Source: Shigella phage vB_SboM_Phaginator
Direction: 5' to 3' (one strand)
DNA length: 64,000 bases
Sequence record: OL615012
Part shown: piece by piece, positions 19,770 to 38,556 of the stretch
Layout: each line of letters opens with the position of its first letter
How positions within the stretch are numbered: position 1 is the first letter of the stretch
Notes under the pieces: model-generated
Seen by the model: only the letters and a program-made list of their open reading frames with translations
What the model was told of the DNA's origin: nothing
The model's database searches: none
Position numbers and translations under genes: made by a program

Positions 19770-20766
19770 TTCAAGTGTTATCTATCGTGCGATAGTTACT
19801 TCAAAATTTAGAACAGAAAAAATGTTGAATTTTTATAATTCAATTGGAAGTGGTCCGGATAAAAACACTATCTTTATCACATTTGGAAGATCAGAACCGT
19901 GGTCATCAAATGAAAATGAGGTGGGCTTTGCCCCACCTTATCCAACAGATTCTGTATTAGGCGTAACTGACATGTGGACGCATATGATGGGAACAGTAAA
20001 AGTTCTTCCATCAATGCTTGATGCAGTTATTCCTCGCAGAGATTGGGGAGATACTAGATATCCGGATCCATACACATTTAGAATTAATGATATTGTAGTG
20101 TGTAACTCAGCTCCTTACAACGCTACTGAATCAGGTGCAGGCTGGTTAGTATATCGTTGTTTAGATGTTCCTGATACCGGAATGTGTTCAATCGCATCTT
20201 TAACTGATAAGGATGAATGCCTTAAGTTAGGTGGAAAATGGACTCCTTCTGCTAGGTCAATGACTCCTCCTGAAGGTCGAGGAGATGCTGAAGGAACAAT
20301 TGAACCTGGGGACGGATATGTTTGGGAATATCTATTTGAGATTCCGCCTGATGTATCTATAAATAGATGCACGAATGAATATATCGTGGTTCCTTGGCCT
20401 GAGGAATTAAAAGAAAATCCGACTAGATGGGGATATGAAGATAATCTCACTTGGCAACAAGATGATTTTGGATTAATTTACCGTGTTAAGGCAAATACTA
20501 TCCGTTTTAAAGCATATTTAGATTCAGTTTATTTTCCTGAAGCTGCATTGCCGGGAAATAAAGGATTTAGACAAATATCAATAATCACGAATCCTCTTGA
20601 AGCTAAAGTTCATCCAAATGACCCAAATGTTAAAGCTGAAAAGGATTATTATGATCCGGAAGATTTAATGAGGCATTCGGGCGAAATGATTTATATGGAA
20701 AATAGGCCACCTATTATTATGGCAATGGATCAGACAGAAGAAATCAATATTCTGTTTACATTTTAA
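19762..20766 (+). CDS. 8: gp8 baseplate wedge protein
   Basis: 334 aa, T4 gp8 length and position. Confidence 0.9.
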   Translation: MNDSSVIYRAIVTSKFRTEKMLNFYNSIGSGPDKNTIFITFGRSEPWSSNENEVGFAPPYPTDSVLGVTDMWTHMMGTVKVLPSMLDAVIPRRDWGDTRYPDPYTFRINDIVVCNSAPYNATESGAGWLVYRCLDVPDTGMCSIASLTDKDECLKLGGKWTPSARSMTPPEGRGDAEGTIEPGDGYVWEYLFEIPPDVSINRCTNEYIVVPWPEELKENPTRWGYEDNLTWQQDDFGLIYRVKANTIRFKAYLDSVYFPEAALPGNKGFRQISIITNPLEAKVHPNDPNVKAEKDYYDPEDLMRHSGEMIYMENRPPIIMAMDQTEEINILFTF

Positions 20767-20770
20767 ATTA

Positions 20771-20797
20771 AGGGAGCCCATGGGCTCCCTTTTTCTT
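20771..20797 (+). terminator. rho-independent terminator after gene 8
   Basis: Hairpin GGGAGCCC-ATG-GGCTCCC followed by TTTTTCTTT. Confidence 0.55.
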
Positions 20798-20805
20798 TAT
20801 AAATA
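20798..20805 (+). promoter_or_regulatory. T4 late promoter TATAAATA for gene 9
   Basis: Exact TATAAATA 25 bp upstream of the gene 9 ATG. Confidence 0.5.
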
Positions 20806-20829
20806 CTATAAACTCATAAGGAAACCGCT

Positions 20830-21696
20830 ATGTTCATTCAAGAACCAAAGAAATTGATTGATACCGGCGAAATTGGTAACGCTTCTACTGGTGATATCTT
20901 ATTCGACGGTGGTAATAAAATTAATAGTGATTTTAACGCAATTTATAATGCGTTTGGCGATCAACGTAAAATGGCAGTAGCAAATGGCACCGGAGCAGAT
21001 GGTCAAATTATCCATGCTACTGGATATTATCAAAAACACTCTATTGCAGAGTATGCAACTCCAGTGAAAGTTGGCACTAGACATGATATTGATACCTCTA
21101 CTGTAGGTGTTAAAGTTATCATTGAAAGAGGCGAACTCGGCGATTGTGTTGAATTCATTAACTCTAATGGATCAATATCAGTTACTAATCCTTTGACAAT
21201 CCAAGCTATTGATTCAATTAAAGGCGTTTCAGGTAATTTAGTAGTAACTAGTCCATATAGTAAAGTTACTTTACGTTGTATTTCATCTGATAATTCAACT
21301 TCAGTTTGGAATTATTCTATTGAAAGCATGTTTGGACAAAAGGAATCACCAGCTGAAGGTACATGGAATATTTCTACATCTGGATCAGTTGATATTCCAC
21401 TATTTCATCGTACTGAATACAATATGGCTAAATTGCTAGTTACGTGCCAATCGGTAGATGGAAGAAAAATTAAAACAGCAGAAATAAATATTCTTGTGGA
21501 TACTGTTAATTCAGAAGTTATTTCTTCTGAGTATGCTGTCATGCGAGTTGGGAATGAAACCGAAGAAGACGAAATCGCTAATATTGCATTTAGTATTAAA
21601 GAAAATTATGTAACGGCGACTATAAGTTCTTCAACTGTCGGTATGAGAGCAGCAGTTAAAGTTATCGCTACGCAGAAAATCGGGGTGGCTCAATAA
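20830..21696 (+). CDS. 9: gp9 baseplate wedge, long tail fibre socket
   Basis: 288 aa, T4 gp9 length and position. Confidence 0.9.
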   Translation: MFIQEPKKLIDTGEIGNASTGDILFDGGNKINSDFNAIYNAFGDQRKMAVANGTGADGQIIHATGYYQKHSIAEYATPVKVGTRHDIDTSTVGVKVIIERGELGDCVEFINSNGSISVTNPLTIQAIDSIKGVSGNLVVTSPYSKVTLRCISSDNSTSVWNYSIESMFGQKESPAEGTWNISTSGSVDIPLFHRTEYNMAKLLVTCQSVDGRKIKTAEINILVDTVNSEVISSEYAVMRVGNETEEDEIANIAFSIKENYVTATISSSTVGMRAAVKVIATQKIGVAQ

Positions 21697-23504
21697 TGAA
21701 ACAAAATATTAATATCGGTAATGTTGTAGATGATGGTACCGGTGACTACCTGCGTAAAGGTGGTATAAAAATAAATGAAAACTTTGATGAGCTTTATTAC
21801 GAGCTCGGTGATGGAGACGTTCCATATTCAGCCGGTGCCTGGAAAACTTATGATTCTTCATCTGGGCAAACACTAAAAGCTGAATGGGGAAAATCATACG
21901 CTATTAATACCTCTTCTGGAAGAGTGACTATAAATCTTCCAAAAGGAACAGTTAATGATTACAACAAGGTAATTAGAGCTAGAGACGTATTTGCTACATG
22001 GAACGTTAATCCAGTTACACTAGTAGCTGCTTCCGGCGATACGATTAAAGGGTCTGCAGTACCAGTTGAAATTAATGTTCAATTCAGCGATTTAGAACTA
22101 GTGTATTGTGCCCCAGGACGTTGGGAATATGTCAAAAATAAACAAATTGACAAAATTACCAGTTCAGACATTAGTAATGTAGCTCGTAAAGAATTTTTAG
22201 TCGAAGTCCAAGGACAAACAGACTTTTTAGATGTTTTCCGTGGAACTAGTTATAATGTAAATAACATCAGAGTAAAACATCGTGGTAACGAATTATATTA
22301 TGGCGATGTATTTAGCGAAAACAGCGATTTTGGCTCTCCGGGCGAAAATGAAGGAGAACTAGTTCCTCTTGATGGATTTAATATTCGATTAAGACAGCCT
22401 TGTAATATTGGTGACACTGTTCAAATTGAAACATTTATGGATGGTGTATCGCAGTGGAGAAGTTCATATACAAGACGTCAAATTAGATTGTTAGATTCAA
22501 AATTAACGTCAAAAACTTCTTTAGAAGGAAGCATTTACGTTACTGATTTATCAACAATGAAATCAATTCCATTTTCTGCTTTTGGATTAATTCCAGGAGA
22601 ACCTATTAATCCTAACTCTCTTGAGGTTCGTTTTAATGGAATTTTGCAGGAATTGGCTGGAACAGTTGGAATGCCGTTATTTCATTGTGTTGGTGCCGAT
22701 TCAGATGATGAAGTAGAATGCTCTGTTTTAGGTGGAACTTGGGAACAATCTCATACCGATTATTCAATTGAAACTGATGAAAACGGCATACCGGAAATTT
22801 TACATTTTGATAGAGTATTTGAGCATGGTGACATTATCAATATCACCTGGTTTAATAATGATTTGGGTACATTATTAACAAAAGATGAGATTATTGATGA
22901 AACTGATAATCTCTATGTATCGCAAGGACCAGGAGTAGATATTTCTGGTGATGTAAATTTAACGGACTTCGATAAAATTGGTTGGCCAAATGTAGAAGCA
23001 GTTCAATCTTATCAACGTGAATTTAATGCTGTTTCAAATATTTTCGATACGATTTATCCTATCGGAACTATATATGAAAATGCTGTTAATCCAAATAACC
23101 CTGTTACATATATGGGATTCGGCTCGTGGAAATTATTTGGGCAAGGAAAAGTTTTAGTTGGATGGAATGAAGATATTTCGGACCCTAACTTTGCTTTAAA
23201 TAACAATGATTTAGATTCGGGTGGAAATCCTTCACATACTGCAGGTGGAACAGGCGGTTCTACTTCTGTTACATTGGAAAATGCTAATCTTCCTGCAACT
23301 GAGACAGATGAAGAAGTTCTAATAGTTGATGAAAATGGATCAGTCATTGTTGGTGGATGTCAATACGATCCAGATGAGTCTGGTCCGGTTTACACGAAAT
23401 ACCGTGAAGCTAAAGCATCTACTAACTCTACTCACACTCCGCCAACATCAATAACTAACATTCAACCATATATTACAGTTTATCGTTGGATAAGGATTGC
23501 ATAA
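21696..23504 (+). CDS. 10: gp10 baseplate wedge, short tail fibre attachment
   Basis: 602 aa, T4 gp10 length and position. Confidence 0.9.
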   Translation: MKQNINIGNVVDDGTGDYLRKGGIKINENFDELYYELGDGDVPYSAGAWKTYDSSSGQTLKAEWGKSYAINTSSGRVTINLPKGTVNDYNKVIRARDVFATWNVNPVTLVAASGDTIKGSAVPVEINVQFSDLELVYCAPGRWEYVKNKQIDKITSSDISNVARKEFLVEVQGQTDFLDVFRGTSYNVNNIRVKHRGNELYYGDVFSENSDFGSPGENEGELVPLDGFNIRLRQPCNIGDTVQIETFMDGVSQWRSSYTRRQIRLLDSKLTSKTSLEGSIYVTDLSTMKSIPFSAFGLIPGEPINPNSLEVRFNGILQELAGTVGMPLFHCVGADSDDEVECSVLGGTWEQSHTDYSIETDENGIPEILHFDRVFEHGDIINITWFNNDLGTLLTKDEIIDETDNLYVSQGPGVDISGDVNLTDFDKIGWPNVEAVQSYQREFNAVSNIFDTIYPIGTIYENAVNPNNPVTYMGFGSWKLFGQGKVLVGWNEDISDPNFALNNNDLDSGGNPSHTAGGTGGSTSVTLENANLPATETDEEVLIVDENGSVIVGGCQYDPDESGPVYTKYREAKASTNSTHTPPTSITNIQPYITVYRWIRIA

Positions 23505-24163
23505 TGAGTTTACTTAATAATAAAGCGGGAGTTATTTCCCGCTTAGCCGATTTTCTTGGTTTTAGACCTAAAGCTGGTAATATAGATGTAATGAATCGTC
23601 AATCAGTTGGGTCAGTGACAATTTCTCAATTAGCGAAAGGATTCTATGAACCAAACGTAGAATCAGCTATTAATGATGTTCATAATTTTTCTATAAAAGA
23701 TGTTGGTACAATTATTACTAATAAAACCGGTGTTTCTCCTGAGGGTGTTTCTCAAACTGATTATTGGGCATTTTCGGGAACGGTAACAGACGATTCGCTT
23801 CCTCCAGGTTCTCCTGTTACTGTATTAGTATTTGGACTTCCAGTTTCAGCTACAACCGGAATGACAGCAATTGAGTTTGTTGCAAAAGTTCGTGTTGCAT
23901 TACAAGAAGCTATTGCGTCATTTACTGCTATCAATTCATATAAAGACCATCCAACAGATGGTAGTAAATTAGAAGTTACTTATTTAGATAATCAAAAACA
24001 TGTATTAAGCACATATTCTACATATGGAATAACTATTTCGCAGGAAATTATTTCTGAGTCTAAACCTGGCTACGGTACATGGAATTTATTAGGCGCACAA
24101 ACTGTAACTTTAGATAATCAGCAGACTCCTACAGTATTTTATCATTTTGAGAGAACAGCATGA
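23504..24163 (+). CDS. 11: gp11 baseplate wedge, short tail fibre connector
   Basis: Track frame starts 23486 (non-ATG); ATG at 23504 (TAATG overlap with gene 10) gives 219 aa starting [20 protein letters not shown]. Confidence 0.85.
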   Translation: MSLLNNKAGVISRLADFLGFRPKAGNIDVMNRQSVGSVTISQLAKGFYEPNVESAINDVHNFSIKDVGTIITNKTGVSPEGVSQTDYWAFSGTVTDDSLPPGSPVTVLVFGLPVSATTGMTAIEFVAKVRVALQEAIASFTAINSYKDHPTDGSKLEVTYLDNQKHVLSTYSTYGITISQEIISESKPGYGTWNLLGAQTVTLDNQQTPTVFYHFERTA

Positions 24164-25743
24164 GTAATAATACATATCAACACGTTTCTAATGAATCTCG
24201 TTATGTAAAATTTGATCCTACCGATACGAATTTTCCACCAGAGATTACTGATGTTCAGGCTGCTATAGCAGCCATTTCTCCTGCTGGCGTAAATGGAGTT
24301 CCTGATGCATCGTCAACAACAAAGGGAATTTTATTTCTTGCCACTGAACAGGAAGTTATAGATGGAACTAATAATACTAAAGCAGTTACACCAGCAACGT
24401 TGGCAACAAGATTATCTTATCCAAATGCAACTGAAACTGTTTACGGATTAACAAGATATTCAACCAATGATGAAGCCATTGCCGGAGTTAATAATGAATC
24501 TTCTATAACTCCAGCTAAATTTACTGTTGCTCTTAATAATGCGTTTGAAACTCGTGTTTCAACTGAATCCTCGAATGGTGTTATTAAAATTTCATCTCTA
24601 CCGCAAGCATTAGCTGGTGCAGATGATACTACTGCAATGACTCCGTTAAAAACTCAACAGTTAGCTATTAAACTAATTGCGCAAATTGCTCCTTCTGAAA
24701 CTGCAGCTACCGAATCGGCCCAAGGCGTTGTTCAATTAGCAACAGTAGCGCAAGTTCGTCAAGGAACTTTAAGAGAAGGCTATGCGATTTCTCCTTATAC
24801 GTTTATGAATTCTACTGCTACTGAAGAGTATAAAGGTGTAATTAAATTAGGAACACAGTCAGAAGTTAACTCGAATAATGCTTCAGTTGCAGTTACTGGC
24901 GCAACTCTTAATGGCCGTGGTTCTACAACGTCAATGAGAGGCGTAGTTAGATTAACAACAACAGCTGGGTCACAAAGCGGAGGTGATGCTTCATCAGCAT
25001 TAGCTTGGAATGCTGACGTTATCCACCAAAGAGGTGGTCAAACGATTAATGGAACACTCCGCATTAATAATACGCTCACAATAGCTTCAGGTGGAGCAAA
25101 TATTACCGGCACAGTTAATATGACTGGTGGTTATATTCAAGGTAAGCGTGTCGTAACACAAAATGAAATTGATAGAACTATTCCTGTCGGAGCTATTATG
25201 ATGTGGGCCGCTGATAGTCTTCCTAGTGATGCTTGGCGATTCTGTCATGGCGGAACTGTTTCAGCTTCAGATTGTCCATTATATGCTTCTAGAATTGGAA
25301 CAAGATACGGCGGAAGTTCATCAAATCCTGGATTGCCTGACATGCGCGGTCTTTTTGTTCGTGGCTCTGGTCGTGGCTCTCACTTAACTAATCCAAATGT
25401 TAATGGTAATGACCAATTTGGTAAGCCTAGATTAGGTGTAGGTTGTACCGGTGGATATGTTGGTGAAGTACAGAAACAACAGATGTCTTATCATAAACAT
25501 GCTGGCGGATTTGGTGAGCATGATGATTCTGGAGCATTCGGTAATACCCGTAGATCAAATTTTGTTGGTACACGTAAAGGACTTGACTGGGATAACCGTT
25601 CATACTTCACCAATGATGGATATGAAATTGACCCAGCATCACAACGAAATTCCAAATATACATTAAATCGTCCTGAATTAATTGGAAATGAAACACGTCC
25701 ATGGAACATTTCTTTAAACTACATTATTAAGGTAAAAGAATGA
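24160..25743 (+). CDS. 12: gp12 short tail fibre
   Basis: 527 aa; C-terminal receptor-binding region; T4 gp12 length and position. Confidence 0.9.
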   Translation: MSNNTYQHVSNESRYVKFDPTDTNFPPEITDVQAAIAAISPAGVNGVPDASSTTKGILFLATEQEVIDGTNNTKAVTPATLATRLSYPNATETVYGLTRYSTNDEAIAGVNNESSITPAKFTVALNNAFETRVSTESSNGVIKISSLPQALAGADDTTAMTPLKTQQLAIKLIAQIAPSETAATESAQGVVQLATVAQVRQGTLREGYAISPYTFMNSTATEEYKGVIKLGTQSEVNSNNASVAVTGATLNGRGSTTSMRGVVRLTTTAGSQSGGDASSALAWNADVIHQRGGQTINGTLRINNTLTIASGGANITGTVNMTGGYIQGKRVVTQNEIDRTIPVGAIMMWAADSLPSDAWRFCHGGTVSASDCPLYASRIGTRYGGSSSNPGLPDMRGLFVRGSGRGSHLTNPNVNGNDQFGKPRLGVGCTGGYVGEVQKQQMSYHKHAGGFGEHDDSGAFGNTRRSNFVGTRKGLDWDNRSYFTNDGYEIDPASQRNSKYTLNRPELIGNETRPWNISLNYIIKVKE

Positions 25744-27203
25744 CAGATATTGTACTGAATGACTTACCATTCGTTGACGGCCCTCCTGCAGAGGGCCAGA
25801 GCCGCATTTCCTGGATTAAAAACGGCGAAGAAATATTAGGAGCTGACACACAGTATGGAAGTGAAGGTTCAATGAATAGACCTACAGTTTCCGTACTAAG
25901 AAATGTTGAAGTTCTTGATAAAAACATTGGAATACTTAAAACATCTTTAGAAACCGCAAATAGTGATATTAAAACCATCCAGGGCATCTTAGATGTATCT
26001 GGTGATATTGAAGCTTTGGCCCAAATAGGTATCAATAAAAAGGATATTTCTGACCTCAAAACGCTAACCAGTGAACACACAGAAATATTAAATGGAACTA
26101 ATAGTACTGTTGACAGCATTCTTGCTGATATTGGTCCATTTAACTCTGAGGCCAACTCTGTATACAGAACAATCAGAAATGATTTACTGTGGATAAAGCG
26201 TGAACTTGGACAATACACTGGTCAAGATATTAATGGTCTTCCTGTTGTAGGAAATCCTAGTAGCGGAATGAAGCATCGCATTATTAATAATACTGATGTC
26301 ATTACTTCACAGGGAATACGTTTAAGCGAATTAGAAACAAAATTTATTGAATCTGATGTAGGTTCTTTGACTATTGAAGTTGGTAATCTTCGCGAAGAGC
26401 TTGGACCGAAACCACCGTCTTTTTCACAGACTGTTTATAGTCGTTTAAATGAAATTGACACTAAACAGACAACAGTTGAGTCTGATATTAGTGCTATTAA
26501 GACCTCAATAGGATATCCGGGAAATAATTCGATTATTACGAGTGTTAATACAAACACTGATAATATTGCATCTATTAATTTAGAGCTAAATCAAAGTGGA
26601 GGTATTAAACAGCGTTTAACCGTTATTGAAACTTCTATTGGTTCAGATGATATTCCTTCGAGTATTAAAGGACAAATTAAAGATAATACAACTTCAATCG
26701 AAGCTCTAAACGGAATTGTAGGTGAAAACACTTCATCTGGTTTAAGAGCGAATGTTTCATGGTTAAACCAAATTGTTGGAACTGATTCTAGCGGTGGACA
26801 ACCGTCTCCTCCTGGGTCTCTTTTAAACCGAGTTTCTACAATTGAAACTTCTGTTTCAGGCTTGAATAACGATGTTCAAAACCTACAAGTAGAGATTGGT
26901 AATAACAGCACAGGAATTAAAGGGCAAGTTGTAGCGTTAAATACTTTAGTAAATGGAACTAACCCAAATGGTTCAACTGTCGAAGAACGCGGATTAACCA
27001 ATTCAATAAAAGCTAACGAAACCAACATTGCATCAGTTACACAAGAAGTGAATACCGCTAAAGGTAGTATATCTTCTCTACAAGGTGATGTTCAAGCTCT
27101 CCAAGAAGCAGGTTATATTCCTGAAGCTCCAAAAGATGGCCAAGCTTACGTTCGTAAAGACGGCGAATGGGTATTACTTTCTACCTTTTTATCACCAGCA
27201 TAA
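25740..27203 (+). CDS. wac: fibritin (whisker antigen control, Wac)
   Basis: 487 aa; coiled-coil repeats; C-terminal foldon [27 protein letters not shown]. Confidence 0.92.
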   Translation: MTDIVLNDLPFVDGPPAEGQSRISWIKNGEEILGADTQYGSEGSMNRPTVSVLRNVEVLDKNIGILKTSLETANSDIKTIQGILDVSGDIEALAQIGINKKDISDLKTLTSEHTEILNGTNSTVDSILADIGPFNSEANSVYRTIRNDLLWIKRELGQYTGQDINGLPVVGNPSSGMKHRIINNTDVITSQGIRLSELETKFIESDVGSLTIEVGNLREELGPKPPSFSQTVYSRLNEIDTKQTTVESDISAIKTSIGYPGNNSIITSVNTNTDNIASINLELNQSGGIKQRLTVIETSIGSDDIPSSIKGQIKDNTTSIEALNGIVGENTSSGLRANVSWLNQIVGTDSSGGQPSPPGSLLNRVSTIETSVSGLNNDVQNLQVEIGNNSTGIKGQVVALNTLVNGTNPNGSTVEERGLTNSIKANETNIASVTQEVNTAKGSISSLQGDVQALQEAGYIPEAPKDGQAYVRKDGEWVLLSTFLSPA

Positions 27204-27235
27204 CATGGGGCCGCAAGGCCCCAAAGGATTTTTAA

Positions 27236-28937
<1,702 letters not shown>

Positions 28938-28978
28938 TAAATATTATAAACTAATTAAAGCCCAGATTAGGAGAAATC

Positions 28979-32116
<3,138 letters not shown>

Positions 32117-32147
32117 ATATATTAAAGCATATTAAAGAGGATTAAAA

Positions 32148-34127
32148 ATGACTTTATTATCTCCGGGCATTGAGCTCAAAGAAACTACGGTTCAAAGCAC
32201 CGTGGTTAATAACTCTACTGGTACAGCAGCTTTGGCCGGTAAATTCCAGTGGGGTCCTGCTTTTCAGATTAAACAGGTTACAAATGAAGTAGATTTAGTT
32301 AATACTTTTGGTCAACCAACCGCTGAAACTGCTGACTATTTTATGTCTGCGATGAATTTCTTGCAGTACGGAAATGACTTACGAGTAGTTCGTGCTGTTG
32401 ACAGAGATACCGCTAAAAACTCATCGCCAATTGCTGGTAATATTGAATACACAATTTCTACCCCAGGTAGTAACTATGCAGTTGGAGATAAAATCACGGT
32501 CAAATATGTTTCGGATGATATTGAAACTGAAGGTAAAATTACTGAAGTAGACGCAGATGGAAAAATCAAGAAAATTAGTATTCCTACTGCAAAAATTATC
32601 GCTAAAGCGAAAGAAGTCGGTGAATATCCGGAATTAGGTTCTAACTGGACTGCGGAAATTTCTTCGTCTTCCTCTGGTTTAGCTGCAGTAATAACTCTTG
32701 GAAAAATTATTACTGATTCTGGTATTTTATTAGCTGAAATTGAAAATGCTGAAGCTGCTATGACAGCGGTTGACTTTCAAGCAAATCTCGAAAAATATGG
32801 AATTCCAGGAGTAGTAGCTCTTTATCCAGGCGAATTAGGCGATAAAATTGAAATTGAAATCGTATCTAAAGCTGACTACGCAAAAGGAGCTTCTGCATTA
32901 CTGCCAATTTATCCAGGTGGTGGTACTCGTGCATCTACTGCCAAAGCGGTGTTTGGATATGGACCACAAACTGATTCGCAATACGCTATTATAGTTCGTC
33001 GTAATGATGCTATTGTTCAAAGCGTTGTTCTTTCAACTAAGCGTGGTGAAAAAGATATTTACGATAGTAACATCTATATCGATGACTTTTTCGCAAAAGG
33101 TGGTTCAGAATATATTTTTGCAACTGCACAAAACTGGCCAGAAGGCTTCTCTGGAATTTTAACTCTGTCTGGTGGATTATCATCAAATGCTGAAGTAACA
33201 GCAGGAGATTTGATGGAAGCTTGGGACTTCTTTGCTGACCGTGAATCTGTTGATGTTCAGTTGTTTATTGCGGGTTCTTGTGCCGGTGAATCTTTAGAAA
33301 CAGCATCTACTGTCCAAAAACACGTCGTTTCAATTGGGGATGCTCGCCAAGATTGCTTAGTATTGTGCTCTCCTCCGCGTGAAACTGTAGTTGGAATTCC
33401 TGTAACCCGCGCAGTAGATAATTTAGTTAACTGGAGAACTGCCACAGGTTCATATACTGATAATAACTTTAATATTAGTTCAACCTATGCAGCAATTGAT
33501 GGTAACTACAAATATCAGTATGACAAATATAATGATGTGAATCGTTGGGTTCCATTAGCAGCTGATATTGCCGGTTTATGTGCAAGAACCGATAACGTTT
33601 CTCAGACTTGGATGTCTCCAGCTGGTTATAATCGCGGCCAGATTCTTAACGTTATTAAACTTGCTATTGAAACTCGCCAGGCTCAGCGCGACCGTTTATA
33701 CCAAGAAGCTATCAACCCAGTAACTGGTACAGGTGGCGATGGTTACGTATTGTATGGTGATAAAACAGCTACTTCTGTTCCTTCTCCATTTGATCGTATT
33801 AACGTTCGTCGTCTGTTTAATATGTTGAAAACGAATATCGGACGTAGTTCAAAATATCGTTTGTTCGAATTAAACAACGCGTTTACTCGTTCATCATTCC
33901 GCACAGAAACTGCCCAGTACTTACAGGGAATTAAAGCTCTCGGTGGAATTTATGAATATCGTGTAGTTTGCGATACAACAAATAACACTCCGTCAGTAAT
34001 TGATAGAAATGAGTTTGTTGCAACATTCTACATCCAACCGGCTAGAAGCATTAACTACATTACCTTAAACTTCGTAGCAACTGCTACTGGTGCAGACTTC
34101 GATGAGTTAACTGGTCTTGCAGGTTAA
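32148..34127 (+). CDS. 18: gp18 tail sheath protein
   Basis: 659 aa; N-terminus MTLLSPGIELKETTVQS matches T4 gp18. Confidence 0.95.
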   Translation: MTLLSPGIELKETTVQSTVVNNSTGTAALAGKFQWGPAFQIKQVTNEVDLVNTFGQPTAETADYFMSAMNFLQYGNDLRVVRAVDRDTAKNSSPIAGNIEYTISTPGSNYAVGDKITVKYVSDDIETEGKITEVDADGKIKKISIPTAKIIAKAKEVGEYPELGSNWTAEISSSSSGLAAVITLGKIITDSGILLAEIENAEAAMTAVDFQANLEKYGIPGVVALYPGELGDKIEIEIVSKADYAKGASALLPIYPGGGTRASTAKAVFGYGPQTDSQYAIIVRRNDAIVQSVVLSTKRGEKDIYDSNIYIDDFFAKGGSEYIFATAQNWPEGFSGILTLSGGLSSNAEVTAGDLMEAWDFFADRESVDVQLFIAGSCAGESLETASTVQKHVVSIGDARQDCLVLCSPPRETVVGIPVTRAVDNLVNWRTATGSYTDNNFNISSTYAAIDGNYKYQYDKYNDVNRWVPLAADIAGLCARTDNVSQTWMSPAGYNRGQILNVIKLAIETRQAQRDRLYQEAINPVTGTGGDGYVLYGDKTATSVPSPFDRINVRRLFNMLKTNIGRSSKYRLFELNNAFTRSSFRTETAQYLQGIKALGGIYEYRVVCDTTNNTPSVIDRNEFVATFYIQPARSINYITLNFVATATGADFDELTGLAG

Positions 34128-34162
34128 TACGGTGCATTCTAAAGGCCTGTTTCGGCAGGCCA

Positions 34163-34170
34163 TATAAATA
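34163..34170 (+). promoter_or_regulatory. T4 late promoter TATAAATA
   Basis: Exact TATAAATA after a GC hairpin downstream of gene 18. Confidence 0.4.
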
Positions 34171-34221
34171 CACTATATCCTTAATTCTTTAATTCTATAT
34201 GCCCTAGGTTAAACATAGGAA

Positions 34222-34229
34222 TATAAATA
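34222..34229 (+). promoter_or_regulatory. T4 late promoter TATAAATA for gene 19
   Basis: Exact TATAAATA 15 bp upstream of the gene 19 ATG. Confidence 0.45.
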
Positions 34230-34243
34230 CTACAGAGGCTAAT

Positions 34244-34735
34244 ATGTTTGTAGATGATGTAACACGAGCGTTTGAATCTGGTGATTTTGCTCGACCTAAC
34301 TTATTCCAAGTAGAAATTTCTTATCTTGGACAAAATTTTACGTTCCAATGTAAAGCCACTGCTTTACCAGCTGGTATTGTAGAAAAAATTCCAGTCGGAT
34401 TTATGAACCGTAAAATTAACGTAGCAGGTGATCGTACATTCGATGATTGGACTGTTACAGTAATGAATGATGAAGCTCATGATGCTCGTCAGAAGTTTGT
34501 TGATTGGCAAAGCATTGCTGCGGGGCAAGGAAACGAAATTACTGGTGGAAAACCTGCAGAGTATAAAAAGAGCGCTATCGTTCGTCAATATGCTCGTGAC
34601 GCTAAAACAGTAACAAAAGAAATTGAAATTAAAGGTCTGTGGCCTACTAACGTGGGTGAACTTCAATTAGATTGGGATTCAAACAATGAAATTCAAACCT
34701 TTGAAGTAACTCTTGCTCTCGATTATTGGGAATAA
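34244..34735 (+). CDS. 19: gp19 tail tube protein
   Basis: 163 aa, T4 gp19 length and position. Confidence 0.9.
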   Translation: MFVDDVTRAFESGDFARPNLFQVEISYLGQNFTFQCKATALPAGIVEKIPVGFMNRKINVAGDRTFDDWTVTVMNDEAHDARQKFVDWQSIAAGQGNEITGGKPAEYKKSAIVRQYARDAKTVTKEIEIKGLWPTNVGELQLDWDSNNEIQTFEVTLALDYWE

Positions 34736-34767
34736 AATGAATGGGGAGAAATCCCCATCCTGCTTAA

Positions 34768-36392
<1,625 letters not shown>

Positions 36393-36393
<1 letters not shown>

Positions 36394-36635
36394 TGGAAGG
36401 TTTAATTGAAGCTATTAAATCAAACGACCTCGTAGCCGCTCGTAAATTATTTGCTGAAGCCATGGCTGCAAGAACGATTGATTTAATTAAAGAAGAAAAA
36501 ATCGCTATCGCTCGTAATTTCTTAATCGAAGGTGAAGAACCTGAAGACGAGGATGATGACGAAGATGGTGATGATAAAGACGATAAAAAAGACAAAGACT
36601 CTGACGAAGATGACGAAGACGAGGATGATGAATAA
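36393..36635 (+). CDS. 67: gp67 prohead core protein
   Basis: 80 aa with highly acidic C-terminal tail; ATGA overlap with gene 20. Confidence 0.8.
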
Positions 36636-37060
36636 TGCTTCTGATCCCTGAAACTCATGAATTAGTTCTCGAGAATGTCGAAGCACTTATTCCTGAAGCA
36701 CAGGGTCGCTTTGACGAATTGTCTTCTGCTTTAAATAAAGACGATATAAATACAATTGTCGAGAATATGCTTGATGATGAAACTGATTTAGCGGTTGCAT
36801 TAGCTTCTATTAATGAAAATATGCCATTAAATGAATTCATCGTTAAACATGTTTCCGCCCGTGGTGAAATTACTCGCACTAAAGATCGCAAAACCCGCGA
36901 ACGTAATGCATTTCAAACCACTGGGCTGTCTAAAGCAAAACGTAGACAAATTGCTCGCAAAGCTACCAAAACGAAGATTGCCAATCCAGCAGGTCAATCT
37001 CGTGCTCAGCGTAAGCGTAAAAAAGCTCTTAAACGCCGTAAAGCATTAGGATTAAGCTAA
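36635..37060 (+). CDS. 68: gp68 prohead core protein
   Basis: 141 aa; basic C-terminus; T4 gp68 length and position. Confidence 0.8.
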
Positions 37061-37698
37061 TGAATGAACCCCAATTACTAATTGAAACTTGGGGTCAACC
37101 TGGCGAAATTATTGATGGCGTGCCAATGCTTGAATCTCATGATGGAAAAGACCTAGGTTTAAAACCTGGTTTATACATCGAAGGAATATTCATGCAAGCG
37201 GAAGTCGTCAATAGAAATAAACGTCTTTATCCAAAACGCATATTAGAAAAAGCGGTAAAAGACTATATCAATGAGCAAGTTTTAACTAAACAAGCTCTCG
37301 GAGAATTAAATCATCCTCCACGCGCTAATGTTGACCCGATGCAAGCCGCTATCATTATAGAAGATATGTGGTGGAAAGGAAATGACGTATACGGACGAGC
37401 TCGTGTTATTGAAGGTGACCATGGTCCTGGAGATAAATTAGCAGCTAATATTCGTGCCGGATGGATTCCAGGAGTTTCTTCTCGTGGATTAGGTTCATTG
37501 ACTGACACAAATAAAGGTTATCGTATCGTAAACGAAGGATTCAAATTAACTGTAGGTGTTGATGCAGTATGGGGTCCAAGTGCTCCAGATGCATGGGTAA
37601 CTCCTAAGGAAATTACCGAATCACAGACGGCGGAAGCCGATACAAGTGCCGATGACGCCTATATGGCTCTCGCAGAGGCCATGAAAAAAGCGTTATAA
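37060..37698 (+). CDS. 21: gp21 prohead core scaffold protease
   Basis: 212 aa, T4 gp21 length and position. Confidence 0.9.
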   Translation: MNEPQLLIETWGQPGEIIDGVPMLESHDGKDLGLKPGLYIEGIFMQAEVVNRNKRLYPKRILEKAVKDYINEQVLTKQALGELNHPPRANVDPMQAAIIIEDMWWKGNDVYGRARVIEGDHGPGDKLAANIRAGWIPGVSSRGLGSLTDTNKGYRIVNEGFKLTVGVDAVWGPSAPDAWVTPKEITESQTAEADTSADDAYMALAEAMKKAL

Positions 37699-37701
37699 AT
37701 A
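37694..37701 (+). promoter_or_regulatory. T4 late promoter TATAAATA for gene 22
   Basis: Exact TATAAATA overlapping the gene 21 stop, 28 bp upstream of gene 22. Confidence 0.5.
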
Positions 37702-37728
37702 TTATTATCTAAACAACAGGACTACAAA

Positions 37729-38538
37729 ATGCTTAAAGAACAACTGATTGCTGAAGCGCAAAAAATTGATGCTTCCGTTGCTCTTGATAGTATTTTCGAA
37801 TCAGTTAATATTTCTCCGGAAGCAAAAGAAACTTTCGGCACTGTATTCGAAGCTACCGTCAAGCAGCACGCCGTTAAATTAGCTGAATCTCATATCGCTA
37901 AAATTGCTGAAAAAGCAGAAGAAGAAGTAGAAAAAAATAAAGAAGAAGCCGAAGAAAAAGCTGAGAAGAAAATCGCTGAGCAAGCTTCTAAATTCATCGA
38001 CCATCTTGCGAAAGAATGGCTCGCTGAAAATAAATTAGCAGTTGATAAAGGTATCAAAGCCGAACTGTTTGAATCCATGCTTGGTGGATTAAAAGAGCTC
38101 TTTGTTGAACACAACGTTGTTGTTCCAGAAGAATCAGTTGATGTTGTAGCTGAAATGGAAGAAGAGCTGCAAGAACATAAAGAAGAATCAGCTCGTCTGT
38201 TCGAAGAACTCAATAAGCGTGACGCATATATCAATTATGTGCAGCGTGAAGTGGCATTGAGCGAAAGTACTAAAGATCTGACTGAGTCTCAAAAAGAAAA
38301 AGTCTCTGCTCTGGTCGAAGGTATGGATTATTCAGATGAATTCTCAAGTAAATTGAGTGCCATCGTAGAAATGGTGAAGAAGTCTAATAAAGATGAAAGC
38401 ACTATTACTGAGAGTATAAATACTCCTGATACTGAAGCAGCCGGACTGAATTTCGTCACTGAAGCTGTAGAAGATAAAGCTGCACAGGGTGCAGAAGATA
38501 TTGTAAGTGTATATGCGAAAGTCGCATCTCGTTTCTAA
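37729..38538 (+). CDS. 22: gp22 prohead core scaffold protein
   Basis: 269 aa; Glu/Lys-rich helical scaffold; T4 gp22 length. Confidence 0.85.
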   Translation: MLKEQLIAEAQKIDASVALDSIFESVNISPEAKETFGTVFEATVKQHAVKLAESHIAKIAEKAEEEVEKNKEEAEEKAEKKIAEQASKFIDHLAKEWLAENKLAVDKGIKAELFESMLGGLKELFVEHNVVVPEESVDVVAEMEEELQEHKEESARLFEELNKRDAYINYVQREVALSESTKDLTESQKEKVSALVEGMDYSDEFSSKLSAIVEMVKKSNKDESTITESINTPDTEAAGLNFVTEAVEDKAAQGAEDIVSVYAKVASRF

Positions 38539-38556
38539 TTTTAAAGGTTAACACAA

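Noticed and set aside
25727-26218. Minus-strand 163-aa ORF spanning the gp12/wac junction
   Set aside because: Lies entirely within confidently assigned plus-strand structural genes and has no start context.
37890-38234. Minus-strand Ser-rich ORF inside gene 22
   Set aside because: Antisense of the Glu/Lys/Ala-rich scaffold gene; low complexity and no translation signals.
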